From contig JAYKHR010000155.1 of the NCBI GenBank assembly GCA_035285125.1, positions 32,001 through 96,000 on the forward strand: a DNA stretch of 64,000 nucleotides. The letters are read 5' to 3'. Source of the stretch: Candidatus Sericytochromatia bacterium. GTDB lineage: Bacteria; Cyanobacteriota; Sericytochromatia; S15B-MN24; JAQBPE01. Shown in pieces: positions 8,544-18,038 of this stretch (positions within the stretch are counted from its first letter, which is position 1; each line of letters starts with the position of its first letter). A program made the translations under genes and the position numbers. The notes under the pieces were generated by a model that saw nothing but the letters and a program-made list of their open reading frames with translations, did not search any database and was not told the origin of the DNA.

Positions 8544-9749
8544 TCACATGAAGTTGCGCGTATGCAGGCCGGCCAGCTCCGCGGCCACGTCTGCGGCAAA
8601 GCCGAGCTTCAGCATACGCCCCCGGCGCCCGGCCTCCATCTCGGCCTGCAGCATCAGCACCGCCGCGTGACCCCGGGCAATCGCCGCCGGGGTCCACGCC
8701 CCGGCGGCGAGCACCACCAGGGCGTCGAAGACTTCGTCGTTGAGGCCGGCCGTGCCCGCGAGGGCGTCATGGCGGCGGCGCACCGAGGCGGCCAGGCGCG
8801 CCGCCAGGGTGGGGTCGTGGCGCAGGTGGCGCTGAAGGTGAGCCATCCCGAAGGCCACGTGCCGGGCCTCGTCCTGGGCGGCCAGCCGCATGATGGCCCG
8901 CGTCACGGGGTCCGGGGCGTGGGCCTCCAGGAAGGCCAGCAGGCTGAGAAAGGTGCCCTCCCCCATCACGGAGAGCAGGAACGACGCCAGCGCGAAATCA
9001 GGTTCTTCGAAGAGCGTCTGGAGGGAGGCCTGACCTCCGACCGTCGAGAGCCCGAGGCACTGCCGACGTCGGGTTGCCCGGCGGGTGAAGACCTCCACGT
9101 GGCGCGCCTCGTCAGCCACCTGGACCGCCAGCAGCTGCATGACCTCTCGGAAGTGCGGATGAAGCCGCCCCAGGAAGCGGGCCGGCACCAGCAAGGCGGC
9201 GTTCTCGTTCTCGATCAGGTAGGTGAGGACCTGCACCAGCGCGTCCTCGACCTCGTCGGGCAGCTCGAACGGCGCCTCCCACGGGATCGCCGTGGCCGGA
9301 TCCCACTGGGAAGCGGCGGCCTGCGCATAGAGGCGGCCCGCGTCGTCGGACCAGACCTGGTCGAGGTCGTCGAGGCCGAACGAAAACGAGGGGCCCCCGG
9401 CCTCCACCACCGCCCCACGCGCTGCCACCCCCCAGCGCGCCGGCGGGCGGGCCGCCAGGGCGCCCTCGACCCGCGGGTCCGGGCCGCCCGCCTGCTCGGC
9501 CCCCTGCCAGCGGCCGGCAGCGGCAGCCCCGACGCGCACCACGCCCGCGACCTCCGCCGCCGGCTCGAAGCCGTGGCCAGCCTGGCGGCACCAGGCCCGC
9601 AGGTGGATGGGGAGCTCTGGCGAGGCCCCCGTGACGGCCAGCGTTGCCCCCACCGGGAGGCCGGCCAGGGCCCGCTTGAGCAGCAGGAGCCCCCCCCGAT
9701 CGAGGCCGAGGTCCGCGAGGTCGAGCGGCGCCGGGTGCCCCATGGCCAC
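8544..9749 (-). CDS. TusA/SirA-like N-terminal domain + ferritin-like di-iron domain protein
   Basis: N-terminal LDLADLG...LKRALAGLPVGATLAV...LRAWCRQAGH (TusA-like fold). The C-terminal four-helix bundle has ENE, DEARH, EG and a second DEARH as carboxylate/His ligands. Confidence 0.8.
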   Translation of the reverse strand: MAMGHPAPLDLADLGLDRGGLLLLKRALAGLPVGATLAVTGASPELPIHLRAWCRQAGHGFEPAAEVAGVVRVGAAAAGRWQGAEQAGGPDPRVEGALAARPPARWGVAARGAVVEAGGPSFSFGLDDLDQVWSDDAGRLYAQAAASQWDPATAIPWEAPFELPDEVEDALVQVLTYLIENENAALLVPARFLGRLHPHFREVMQLLAVQVADEARHVEVFTRRATRRRQCLGLSTVGGQASLQTLFEEPDFALASFLLSVMGEGTFLSLLAFLEAHAPDPVTRAIMRLAAQDEARHVAFGMAHLQRHLRHDPTLAARLAASVRRRHDALAGTAGLNDEVFDALVVLAAGAWTPAAIARGHAAVLMLQAEMEAGRRGRMLKLGFAADVAAELAGLHTRNFM

Positions 9750-9750
9750 C

Positions 9751-10608
9751 TCAGTACACGTAGGCCGGCTCGCGGATGGCGCCGCTCGCGTCGTAGAAGG
9801 CGGCCTCGGTCACGGCGCGCTCCAGGGCGTCGTAGCCCGCCGTGCGACCCGGGAGCCAGGCCTTCAGGCCCTCGAGGTCGAGCAGGGGGCGCACCTCGGG
9901 GTCCTCGTAGCGCAGGCCGAGCAGCAACTCGACGAAGCGCCGCTCCCTTGCGTCGTCGGCCGGCGCGAACGAGGTGAAGCAGCAGTGATCGTAGGGCAGG
10001 GTCTGGCTCACCACCCGCGTCGCGCCGGGCGTCAGCAGGCCCTCCCGGCTGAAGGCCAGCATGTTGCCGTCGATGATCGCGGCGGCGTCCACCTCGCCCG
10101 CCAGCAGGGCCCGCACGGCATCCCGCTCGCCGCCGATGTGGTCGCCATGCTTGCCGGCCAGCACATCGAAGCGGCGCACCTGCGCGTCACGCAGGGGGTC
10201 GAGGCCGGCGGCCCGCAGGTGAGAGAGGGGCAGCAGCGTCGCCTGCGGCGAGTCGATCGCGCCCACCCCGAGGGTGCGGCCGCGCAGGTCCGCGACGGCC
10301 TGCACGGGGCTGTCCGCGCGCACCATCCAGACGGAGGTGAGGTCCCGATCCGTGTCGCGCATGGCGATGGCGCGCGCCTCCCGGCCGGCGGCCAGCCCGG
10401 CACGCCGGGTGCGGACCCAGGCCAGGGGAGAGTTCCACGCCACGTCGAGGTGGCCGGCGAGGTGGGCCTCGACCTGGGCCTCGTAGTTGGAGTAGAGCAC
10501 GTAGTCGAAGGGCAGCCCCTGGCGCCCGAAGAATGCCTTGAAGCCCTCCCAGATCGTCACGACCTTGGGGTCGTAGGCCACGGCGCCCAGCACGTAGGGT
10601 TGCGTCAC
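9751..10608 (-). CDS. PhnD/SsuA-like substrate-binding-fold protein without signal peptide
   Basis: LYSNYEAQVEA..G.LDVAWNSP, VRADSPVQAVADLRGRTL..GAIDS, ALLAGEVDAAAI; no N-terminal hydrophobic signal. Confidence 0.8.
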   Translation of the reverse strand: MTQPYVLGAVAYDPKVVTIWEGFKAFFGRQGLPFDYVLYSNYEAQVEAHLAGHLDVAWNSPLAWVRTRRAGLAAGREARAIAMRDTDRDLTSVWMVRADSPVQAVADLRGRTLGVGAIDSPQATLLPLSHLRAAGLDPLRDAQVRRFDVLAGKHGDHIGGERDAVRALLAGEVDAAAIIDGNMLAFSREGLLTPGATRVVSQTLPYDHCCFTSFAPADDARERRFVELLLGLRYEDPEVRPLLDLEGLKAWLPGRTAGYDALERAVTEAAFYDASGAIREPAYVY

Positions 10609-10618
10609 GGCAGGCCTC

Positions 10619-11758
10619 CTAGCCGAACAGGGGCAGGCCGCACACGGCCTTCCCGATGAAGTCGTACAGCGCGTCCGCCGTCGGCGCCATCACGCTGGAG
10701 GCGCGGGCGTCGCGGAACGCCCGCTCGACACCGACCTCCTTGCGGAAGGCGGCGCCTCCCCCGACGCGCATCGCCGCGTCCGTGACGCCCAGCGCCGCGT
10801 CCCCGGCGGCGGCCTTCACCTCGAGCACCCGCAACATGGCATCCTCGCGCCCGCCCTCGAGCGCCGCCACCGTGTCGAGCACCAGCAGCCAGGCCTGGTC
10901 GGCCTGCACCCGGGCCCGGGCGAGCTGGGCCCGCACCGTCGGCATGTCGGCCAGGGCCTGGCGCAGGTGGGTGTAGGAGGTGGTGGCCGCGTGCGCCGCC
11001 GCGCCCCGCAGGGCAGCCTCCATCAGGCCGCAGCTGACGGCCGCGTTCATCACGTTGAAGTAGGGCAGCACGATGCCCATCATCACGTCGAAGCCCCCGC
11101 CGTCCGGGCCGAGGCGGTCGGCCTCCCGCACCCGGACACCCCGCGCCTGGACGGGCGACGAGGCGTTGCCCCTGAGCCCGAGGCCGTCGAAGGGCGCCGC
11201 GACCGTGAGGCCCGGGGCCTTCGCGTCGACGAGCCAGATGGTGCTGGGGGCGTCGGCGGCGAGGGGGCGGCTCGACCACACGTAGCTGTCGGCCTCGCCG
11301 GCGGAGGTGATCCAGCTCTTGTCGGCGTCGAGGGCCACGCCGTCCTCCACCGCGACCGCGCTGCTCTGGGGGGCCCAGAACATCGAGCGCGAGCCCACCT
11401 CGGAGAACGCGAGCGTCGAGACGTGCTCGCCGCGGGCGATCGCCTCGCGCACCTCCCGCGGGCCGTGGGCCTCGATCACGGCCGCGCCACAGTAGTGCAT
11501 GCAGACCACCATGGCGGTGGTGCCGCAGCGCTCGGCGATCGCGCGGACGACCTCGGCGGCGGCGCGGTGCCCGAGCCCCATCCCGCCAACCTCCCGGGCG
11601 CTGACCAGGCCGAGCCATCCCGCTCGCGCCAGGGCCTCGAGGGCGCGCCGGGGGTAGCGCCCCTCCACGTCCACGGCCTGCGCGTCCACCGCGATGACGT
11701 CTTGCAGGGTCTGCTGGAAACCCGGGTCTGTGGCAGGCGAGGCGAGTTGGGCGTTCAT
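10619..11758 (-). CDS. Acyl-CoA dehydrogenase-superfamily flavoprotein
   Basis: ATG 11758 after AGGAG; LAFSEVGS, KSWITSA, GLGLRGNAS, RVGGGAAF, VERAFRDARA. Confidence 0.88.
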   Translation of the reverse strand: MNAQLASPATDPGFQQTLQDVIAVDAQAVDVEGRYPRRALEALARAGWLGLVSAREVGGMGLGHRAAAEVVRAIAERCGTTAMVVCMHYCGAAVIEAHGPREVREAIARGEHVSTLAFSEVGSRSMFWAPQSSAVAVEDGVALDADKSWITSAGEADSYVWSSRPLAADAPSTIWLVDAKAPGLTVAAPFDGLGLRGNASSPVQARGVRVREADRLGPDGGGFDVMMGIVLPYFNVMNAAVSCGLMEAALRGAAAHAATTSYTHLRQALADMPTVRAQLARARVQADQAWLLVLDTVAALEGGREDAMLRVLEVKAAAGDAALGVTDAAMRVGGGAAFRKEVGVERAFRDARASSVMAPTADALYDFIGKAVCGLPLFG

Positions 11759-11952
11759 GGCTTGGCTCCTGTGTTCGCGGTAGGTGGGAGGCTGCGGGGG
11801 CGCAGGTGCAGCGCCTTTCGTCGGGTGGTCGGGACGAAGCCCCAGACGCACGGGGAGCTCCAGAGCCTGCGCGGCAACGGCGCAAGGGAATGGCCCTGCC
11901 CCGAACCGTCAAGGCGGGTTTACCCAGGCAACGGGTCGGGTATCCTTGGAAT

Positions 11953-12843
11953 ATGCCTGCCTTTTCGTCCGGACGTCAAACCCCTCGAACCCCTGTATTG
12001 GTGGTCGCCCTGGCGATCGCAGCCCTGGCGGGTTGCTCCGTCGTGGCACCGAACGTCATCGCATCAGGCGCCCGGGGCGGGGGGGCGCCGTCAGGCCCGG
12101 CAGCCTCCGCGCCAGCCTCGGCCTCCGACGGGAATGCGCCGCCGGCCTCGGGGCCCGTGGCCGGTCAGCAGCCCGCAGGGCTGCCCTCCGGGTTGGGTGT
12201 GGCAATGCCGCCCCAGGCACAGCCCGGGCAGGCAATGGCCGTGGCGCCGCCCGCCACCACGGCCACCGAGGGCCAGGCGGCCACCACCTCGCCGGGGGGC
12301 ACGCCAGCCGCGCCACCAGCTGAGGCCGCCACCAGCGGCCCGCCGCCGGAGGTCGTGCCCGCGGCGGCGCCCGAGCCGACGGCCCCGCCCCGCGTGGTGA
12401 TGCGCGCACTCGCGCCGAACATCAGCTTCCTCGACGCAGCGGGCCAGTCGCACACGCTCTCCGAGTGGCGCGGCAAGTTCGTGGTGCTGATGTTCTTCTC
12501 GCACACCTGCGGCATCTGCGCCAAGGAAGTGCCCAAGATCCAGGCGCTGACGAGCCTGCGCAGCCCCGACGCGGTGGTGCTGCCGATCGAGTCCACCATG
12601 GGCACCAACGCGCAGGCAGCCGGCTTCGCGAGCTCCCACGGCGTCTCCATCCCCGTCTACCACGACCCCTCGTGGGAGGCCCCCAAGACCTACCTGGTCA
12701 AGAAGTTCCCGCAGGCCTTCGTGGTCGCGCCCGACTTCAAGGTCATCGAGGACGTGGCCGGCGAGGCGTCCGTCGAGTTTTACGACATTCGCTTCCGGCG
12801 CTACTTCCCCAGCATCCCTGCCCCCATCATCCCGGGAGTCTGA
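11953..12843 (+). CDS. TlpA-like thioredoxin-fold lipoprotein (CxxC)
   Basis: Lipobox AALAGC; long A/P linker; APNISFLDAAG..TLSEWRGKFVVLMFFSHTCGICAKEVP; cis-Pro loop KFPQAFVV. Confidence 0.85.
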   Translation: MPAFSSGRQTPRTPVLVVALAIAALAGCSVVAPNVIASGARGGGAPSGPAASAPASASDGNAPPASGPVAGQQPAGLPSGLGVAMPPQAQPGQAMAVAPPATTATEGQAATTSPGGTPAAPPAEAATSGPPPEVVPAAAPEPTAPPRVVMRALAPNISFLDAAGQSHTLSEWRGKFVVLMFFSHTCGICAKEVPKIQALTSLRSPDAVVLPIESTMGTNAQAAGFASSHGVSIPVYHDPSWEAPKTYLVKKFPQAFVVAPDFKVIEDVAGEASVEFYDIRFRRYFPSIPAPIIPGV

Positions 12844-12850
12844 GCCCGTC

Positions 12851-14110
12851 ATGCACCACCACTCGACCCGCCTCTCCTTGCTGCTAGCCTCGGCCTTGGC
12901 GCTTGGCTGCGCGGCACCCGCCTTGGCCCCCCTCGAAGAGGACTCCGGCAAGGTCAAGCAACGCGGTAACGGCACGCCCAAGGCAGGCACGTCCGGGTCC
13001 GACGGGGCGGCAACCGCCTCCGGTGCAAAGGGCACGGGGGATACCTCCGGCTCCGGCCTCACGACGGGCGCCGGCGCTGGCTCCGGCCTCACGACGGGCA
13101 CGGCCAGCGGCACAGTCCCAGTCGGGCAGGGCGGCGCCTCCGGCACGGTGCCGACGGGGGGCCTCACGGGCCCCACGCCCACGCCGCCGCCCATTAACCC
13201 TGCGACCGGCCAAGGCATCAACCAGCAGACGGGGGACGCCATTCGCGGCACTGTGGACGCGCTGCCAGGCGAGAAGACCCTCGCGACGCCCAAGCCCACG
13301 CCGATCACCTTCACCGTGCTCACGGCCGACGGCACCCCGGCGAACTACTTCTTCGCGGGCAACACCGTGTTCATCGAGGCCTCGGGTCTCAAGGCCGGCG
13401 ACAAGTACAGCGCCACGCTGGTCTGGCCGAACGGCAAGAAGACCATGCAGGAGTTCACGGCTGATGAGGGCGGCAACATGCAGGGCCCCCAGGGCAAGTT
13501 CATCGAGTACCCGCACGCCGGCTTCTACAACGTCTCGGTCATCCAGGGCCAAAAGGTCGTCGTGACGGGCGAGTTCATGGTCGAGCTGCGCCACGTGCCC
13601 ACGGACGCGGTGGTTGGCGAGCGGCCGTTCGCCGTGCGGCCGGGCCCCGTGATCTTCTCGGCAGGGCGCGACCGCCGCAGCACCCTGGAGAACCCCGTGT
13701 ACACCCAGCGGACGCTCTATTTCTCCGACACCTTCGAGGAGGTCTACCTCCATGGCGAGGGCTTCGAGCCCGGCACCCAGCTCGTGATCAACATGATCCA
13801 GGCCAACGTGAACCGGCAGAACCCGATGCCGGACGGCCTGCTGATGACGGACAAGCTCGTCTCCCCGTTCACGAACCTGACTTACCAGTGCAACGACGAC
13901 GGCGTCTTCGACGCCAAGGTCAACTCCTGGTTCACGCGCGAGGCCGTCAAGGACTCCATGGTCATCATCGGCAAGTACCTCAACGACTCGCCCAACTTCG
14001 TTCGCGCCGAAGACATCGCGATCACCGACCACCCGACCTTCCTGATCAAGAACTCCAAGGACTTCTTCGACGCCATCGGGGTGACGCCCGGCGGTGGCCC
14101 CACGCCCTGA
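12851..14110 (+). CDS. Hypothetical lipoprotein (G/T-rich linker, beta-rich C-terminal domains)
   Basis: Lipobox LALGC; strong GC3 codon bias; starts 7 bp after the previous stop. Confidence 0.8.
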   Translation: MHHHSTRLSLLLASALALGCAAPALAPLEEDSGKVKQRGNGTPKAGTSGSDGAATASGAKGTGDTSGSGLTTGAGAGSGLTTGTASGTVPVGQGGASGTVPTGGLTGPTPTPPPINPATGQGINQQTGDAIRGTVDALPGEKTLATPKPTPITFTVLTADGTPANYFFAGNTVFIEASGLKAGDKYSATLVWPNGKKTMQEFTADEGGNMQGPQGKFIEYPHAGFYNVSVIQGQKVVVTGEFMVELRHVPTDAVVGERPFAVRPGPVIFSAGRDRRSTLENPVYTQRTLYFSDTFEEVYLHGEGFEPGTQLVINMIQANVNRQNPMPDGLLMTDKLVSPFTNLTYQCNDDGVFDAKVNSWFTREAVKDSMVIIGKYLNDSPNFVRAEDIAITDHPTFLIKNSKDFFDAIGVTPGGGPTP

Positions 14111-14166
14111 CCCGACCCGGTAGCCCCGTGGCCGTCGCGGCCACCTGCAAGAGGAGGACCCCACGC

Positions 14167-15774
14167 ATGACCCAAGCCAGACGCTCCTTGCGCTGGGGGC
14201 GGGCGGCGACCGCGGCAGGCCTGGCGGCCGTGGCTGCGGCCACCGGCTGCTCCCAGCCCCCGCAAGCCGCCCCCCCCACCCTCTCGGCCATCGGCACCGC
14301 CAAGGGCGGCAAGGGCTTCCAGGCAGTGAAGCAGGGCGACCACCTCGTCTGCAGCGCCTGCGGCTCCCAGCTGAACGCGGAAGGCCGCCACCGCCTGGGC
14401 GCGATGCTCGTCCGCACGATGCAGCACATGAATACCCGGGAGGCCTTCACTCGGCCGGCCCAGCCCGGCGAGTTGCAGCTCAAGACCGTGGTCAACGAGC
14501 TGATCGGGCACATCGGGCACGAGAAGCTGGGCTTCAAGATTCCCGCCGACCAGCAGCCCAAGCCCGCGGCCGACCCCGTGAACCAGTTCCCCGTCTACAT
14601 CGCAGACCGGCGCGGCTGGCAGGACTACGTCGCGGCGAACCCCTACGGCTGCTGCCTCCCGGACGGCGTGCCGGCGCCAGACGCCCCCTACTGACTGGAG
14701 GATGCGCTGCAGGGCCAGTCTGGTCCTGCCGATGTGTCCGAGGTGCTCGGCACCCCCGAGTTCATTAACCTCTACCAGTGCTTCCCCTACTGCGGCGGCG
14801 CCGGCCCGACACCGCCTCCCTCCAACCCGATCTCGTTTACGATCCGCGTCGTCGAGTCGTCGTCGCCCGCCCTGGGCTCGGGGACCAACGGCGGCGTGCC
14901 CTCGGCGTCCGTCGTGATGACGGGTGACCGGGACAACTACCGGACGTTCACCACCGACAGCGGCGGCTACGTGTCGAACACCTACCGGCCTGAGGCCACC
15001 CCGACCTTCACCGGCTCGCGGTGGGGAATCTCCTCGACCGGGGGCCCGGGCGCCACGATCACGCTCTACACCGACTCGACGATGAAGCTCGGCCTGGCCC
15101 CAGGGAGCGCCCCCGATGCCGAGGGCGCGACCTTCAACGTCACGGCGGCGGCCAACGGGGGCGGCTCTGGCACCCTCTCCCGCGCGCTCCGGTCTGCCCC
15201 CAGCGTCCCCGCGCTCATCAAGGTGCCGCGCAACGGGGAGGCCGGAGGCTCGATCAGGGTCACGGCTGCGGACCATCCCAGGTTCACGTGGAACTCCGAG
15301 TCGCCTCTGGCGCTCACCTCCTCGGCGAACGTGGGCAAGCCCTCCAACGACACCATGCGCTTCCAGGCCATCCACAAGTGGGTGCGCGTGGCCGTCGACT
15401 TCCGGAAGCCCGCCATCAACGAGGACCTGGCGCCCATCAAGCTCACGGCCTACGCCTACGCGGTGGACGGGGCCGGGAAGCCGGTGTACGGGACCCCGCT
15501 GGGCGTGCCGACCTACGTCGGGGCGACCGGGAGCACCACCCCCCAGTCGAACCCATCTGCGGAAGGGCAGACCTCCATGTGGTTCTGGTCCCTCAGGCGC
15601 CTGGAGCAGGCTGGCGCGCCCTACGTGGACAGGTTCTTCATCCACGCGGAGGGTGGCTTCTGGATCTCGAAGCCAGACGCAGCCAACGAGCTCGTCGTCA
15701 TCAATGACGCAGCCCGGGTCAGCGGCGTCATCACCAAGACCATCGAGCTCCTTCAAAGCGGTGGCGGCAAGTAG
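14167..15774 (+). CDS. Putative selenocysteine-containing Cys-rich lipoprotein (in-frame TGA at 14692-14694, residue 176 of 535)
   Basis: GAGGAGG RBS then ATG 14167 and lipobox AATGC. The ORF-track fragments ending at 14694 and starting at 14734 are in the same frame, separated by a single TGA, with a SECIS-like hairpin right after it. Context: CSAC...YGCC...PY-U-LED...YQCFPYC. Confidence 0.7.
14700..14739 (+). promoter_or_regulatory. Putative bacterial SECIS element
   Basis: Lower stem GGAUGCG/UGUGUCC, upper stem GCAGGGCCA/UGGUCCUGC, apical loop GUC at +24..+26 after the UGA. Confidence 0.65.
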
Positions 15775-15789
15775 CCGCCGGACACCCCG

Positions 15790-15821
15790 GGGGCGCGCCC
15801 AGTCCAGGGTGCGCCCCTTTT
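15790..15821 (+). terminator. Rho-independent terminator closing the 11953-15774 operon
   Basis: GGGGCGCGCCC-agtcca-GGGTGCGCCCC followed by TTTT. Confidence 0.75.
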
Positions 15822-15832
15822 CTGATGTTCCC

Positions 15833-17422
15833 ATGGCTCAGACCGCCTTCCTGCGCTTCAGCCTGACGCTGCTGGCGCTCGGCGTCTCGTCCTGCCGACT
15901 CCCCGAGGCCGCGCCGGCGCCCGCCCCGGCACCGAGCTCGATGCCAGGAAACGGCCCAAAGGCTGAGGTCCCGACGGCGCGCGTGCGGCTGACCCCCGCC
16001 ACGTTCTCCGAGCCGGCCCCGGCGGCCCGGCAGGCCGTGGCCGGAGAGCCGCCCCAGTTGTTCCGGCTGGGGGCCGGCCTCTGGGAGGTGCCCGCCCCCC
16101 GAGCCGGCAACGGCCTCTACCTCGCGCTGGCCTCCCCGGAGTGGCCCACGGAGGGCACACCGCTACAGCTGCAGGTCGAGGGCGCGGCGCCCAACCCGCC
16201 CGAAGAGGGCGCCGTCAGCATCGCCACGGAGGCGACGACGTCCCGGCTCGCCGCCTGTGGCGCGTCTTTGGCCGAGGCCACCGACCCCGCCCCGCCTGCC
16301 TCGGCCCGCCGCCTCCTGACGGTTGCGACGGCGCAGGACCAGGAGCCGTTCTGGATCATCCGCGCCGGCCTGCCTGCCCCCCCCGGCGAGGCCTACGACG
16401 AGGTCGAGCGGGTCTGCAGGCGCGTCCACAGCGGCAAAGGGTGCCACGTGTACCTGGACCAGCGCCTCGCGGTGGAAGACGCGATCGCCGAGGCCCGGGC
16501 GCTCGGCGAGGCCTTCGACGACCAGCTCCTGCCCGGCGTGTCCCGCCTGTTCGGCCCCGCCCCCCAGCCCGGCATCGATGGAGACGCCCGCATCTTCCTG
16601 GTCATCAGCCCCGACGTCTCCGCCGACGGCCGCACGGGCACGCTGGCCTACTTCGCCCGGCGCGACCAGCGCACGCGCGGGGATGGGACGCCCTCGGGCC
16701 GACACTCCAACCAGCGCGACGCCCTCTTCATCGACGCCCGAACCCTGGTGGCGAGCCGCCGGGCGGACCTGTACACGGCCGTCGCCCACGAGCTCGGCCA
16801 CCTGCTGCACTTCACCCAGCACGCCCCGAAGCTGCCCCCTGGCACGTCGGAGAAGCTCTGGCTCGAGGAGGCGCTGGCAATGCTGGCCTCGCACGCGTGT
16901 GGATACACGCTGGAGACGGCGCCGTCAATGTACCACCACGTGGCCGGCTTCCTGGCACAGCCCCACAAGTACTCGCTGACAGACTGGCCGGGGAACCCGG
17001 GCCAGGCGGGGTACGGCGTCGGCTACTTGTTCCTGCTCTACCTGCAGGAGCGGTTCGGTGAGGCCCTGATCACCGAGATCGTCCAGGGCTCGCTCGTGGG
17101 GAAGGCGCAGGTCGAGAAGGTCCTCCAGGGGCAGGGTTCCTCCTTCCAGGAGGCCTTCGGCGACTGGGCCCTGGCGGTTTTGAACGATGGGCTGTTCGAG
17201 CAGCCCGGGTCCCCGTGGTGCTACCCGCACACCCAGCTTCGCACCAGCACGCCCCACGGGCCCCTGAAGGGACCGGCCGTGATGCGCCTGGGGCCAGAGG
17301 GGGCACAGGTGCCACGTCGGGCGGATGTGGCCTATTTCTTCCATGTGAGGCCACTGCCCGACAGGCGGCTCCTCGGCGTCCGCCTGCAGGGGCCCGGCCG
17401 CCTGGCGGGGATGGTGCCCTGA
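15833..17422 (+). CDS. Zinc metallopeptidase lipoprotein (gluzincin-like)
   Basis: Lipobox LGVSSC; IDGDARIFLVI, AYF, AHELGHLLH (HExxH), WLEEALA third-ligand motif, YGVGYLFLLYL. Confidence 0.8.
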   Translation: MAQTAFLRFSLTLLALGVSSCRLPEAAPAPAPAPSSMPGNGPKAEVPTARVRLTPATFSEPAPAARQAVAGEPPQLFRLGAGLWEVPAPRAGNGLYLALASPEWPTEGTPLQLQVEGAAPNPPEEGAVSIATEATTSRLAACGASLAEATDPAPPASARRLLTVATAQDQEPFWIIRAGLPAPPGEAYDEVERVCRRVHSGKGCHVYLDQRLAVEDAIAEARALGEAFDDQLLPGVSRLFGPAPQPGIDGDARIFLVISPDVSADGRTGTLAYFARRDQRTRGDGTPSGRHSNQRDALFIDARTLVASRRADLYTAVAHELGHLLHFTQHAPKLPPGTSEKLWLEEALAMLASHACGYTLETAPSMYHHVAGFLAQPHKYSLTDWPGNPGQAGYGVGYLFLLYLQERFGEALITEIVQGSLVGKAQVEKVLQGQGSSFQEAFGDWALAVLNDGLFEQPGSPWCYPHTQLRTSTPHGPLKGPAVMRLGPEGAQVPRRADVAYFFHVRPLPDRRLLGVRLQGPGRLAGMVP

Positions 17423-17483
17423 GCCCGGTGGACGGGTATACGGCGCACTGGTTGCCCCCCAGCCCCCACCCGAAGGTTTTGCC

Positions 17484-18020
17484 ATGCAGTGCCCCGCCTG
17501 CCAAACCCCCCTCGAACGCATCGAAATCGCCTCCGACCTGGCGCTGGACGCCTGCACCAACGGGTGTCGCGGCATCTGGTTCGACAACCAGGAACTGCAG
17601 GCCCTCGACGACGCCGACGAGTTCGCGGACTCACCCGTGCTCGAGCTCATCGCGGCCGACGCGGAGCCGGACTCGGCACCCCAGAGCCAGGCCGCGAGGT
17701 TGGGCTGCCCGCGTTGTGCGGGCATCAAGATGCGTCGCTTCTGGTACACCGCCAGCCGCCAGGTCGAGGTCGACCAGTGTGGGCAGTGCGGCGGGTGCTG
17801 GCTGGACCGGGGAGAGCTGGGCCGCGTGCGGGCCGAGTACCGATCTGCGGCAGATCGCGAGGCCGGTGTGGCGCGTCAGGTGGAAGACCTCCTGGCGCCT
17901 GCCGAGGCAGAGCAGGATGCGATGACTGAAGCGGCCGACGCCCGCTTGGCCGGGCGCAGGCGCGGTCGCCTCTCGCGGGCCCTTGACCGCGTCGTCGCCC
18001 ACGTGGCCGAGTGGCTCTGA
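17484..18020 (+). CDS. Double zinc-ribbon (zf-TFIIB-like) protein
   Basis: CPAC...DAC..GC.GIWFD..EL and CPRC...VDQCGQCGGCWLDRGEL. Confidence 0.88.
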   Translation: MQCPACQTPLERIEIASDLALDACTNGCRGIWFDNQELQALDDADEFADSPVLELIAADAEPDSAPQSQAARLGCPRCAGIKMRRFWYTASRQVEVDQCGQCGGCWLDRGELGRVRAEYRSAADREAGVARQVEDLLAPAEAEQDAMTEAADARLAGRRRGRLSRALDRVVAHVAEWL

Positions 18021-18038
18021 GCAGCGCCCGGCGTCGCG

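Noticed and set aside
11760..11950. Intergenic region with a CCCGAACCGTCA segment resembling part of the c-di-AMP riboswitch
   Set aside because: The other conserved elements are missing; treated as a divergent promoter region.
13049..13099. 21-bp direct repeat GGCTCCGGCCTCACGACGGGC, two copies
   Set aside because: In-frame duplication (GSGLTTG) within a low-complexity linker.
14702..14917. Alternative 71-aa ORF after GGAGG as an explanation for the region following the TGA
   Set aside because: The ATG abuts the GGAGG with no spacing, and the product is an R/S/P-rich off-frame translation.
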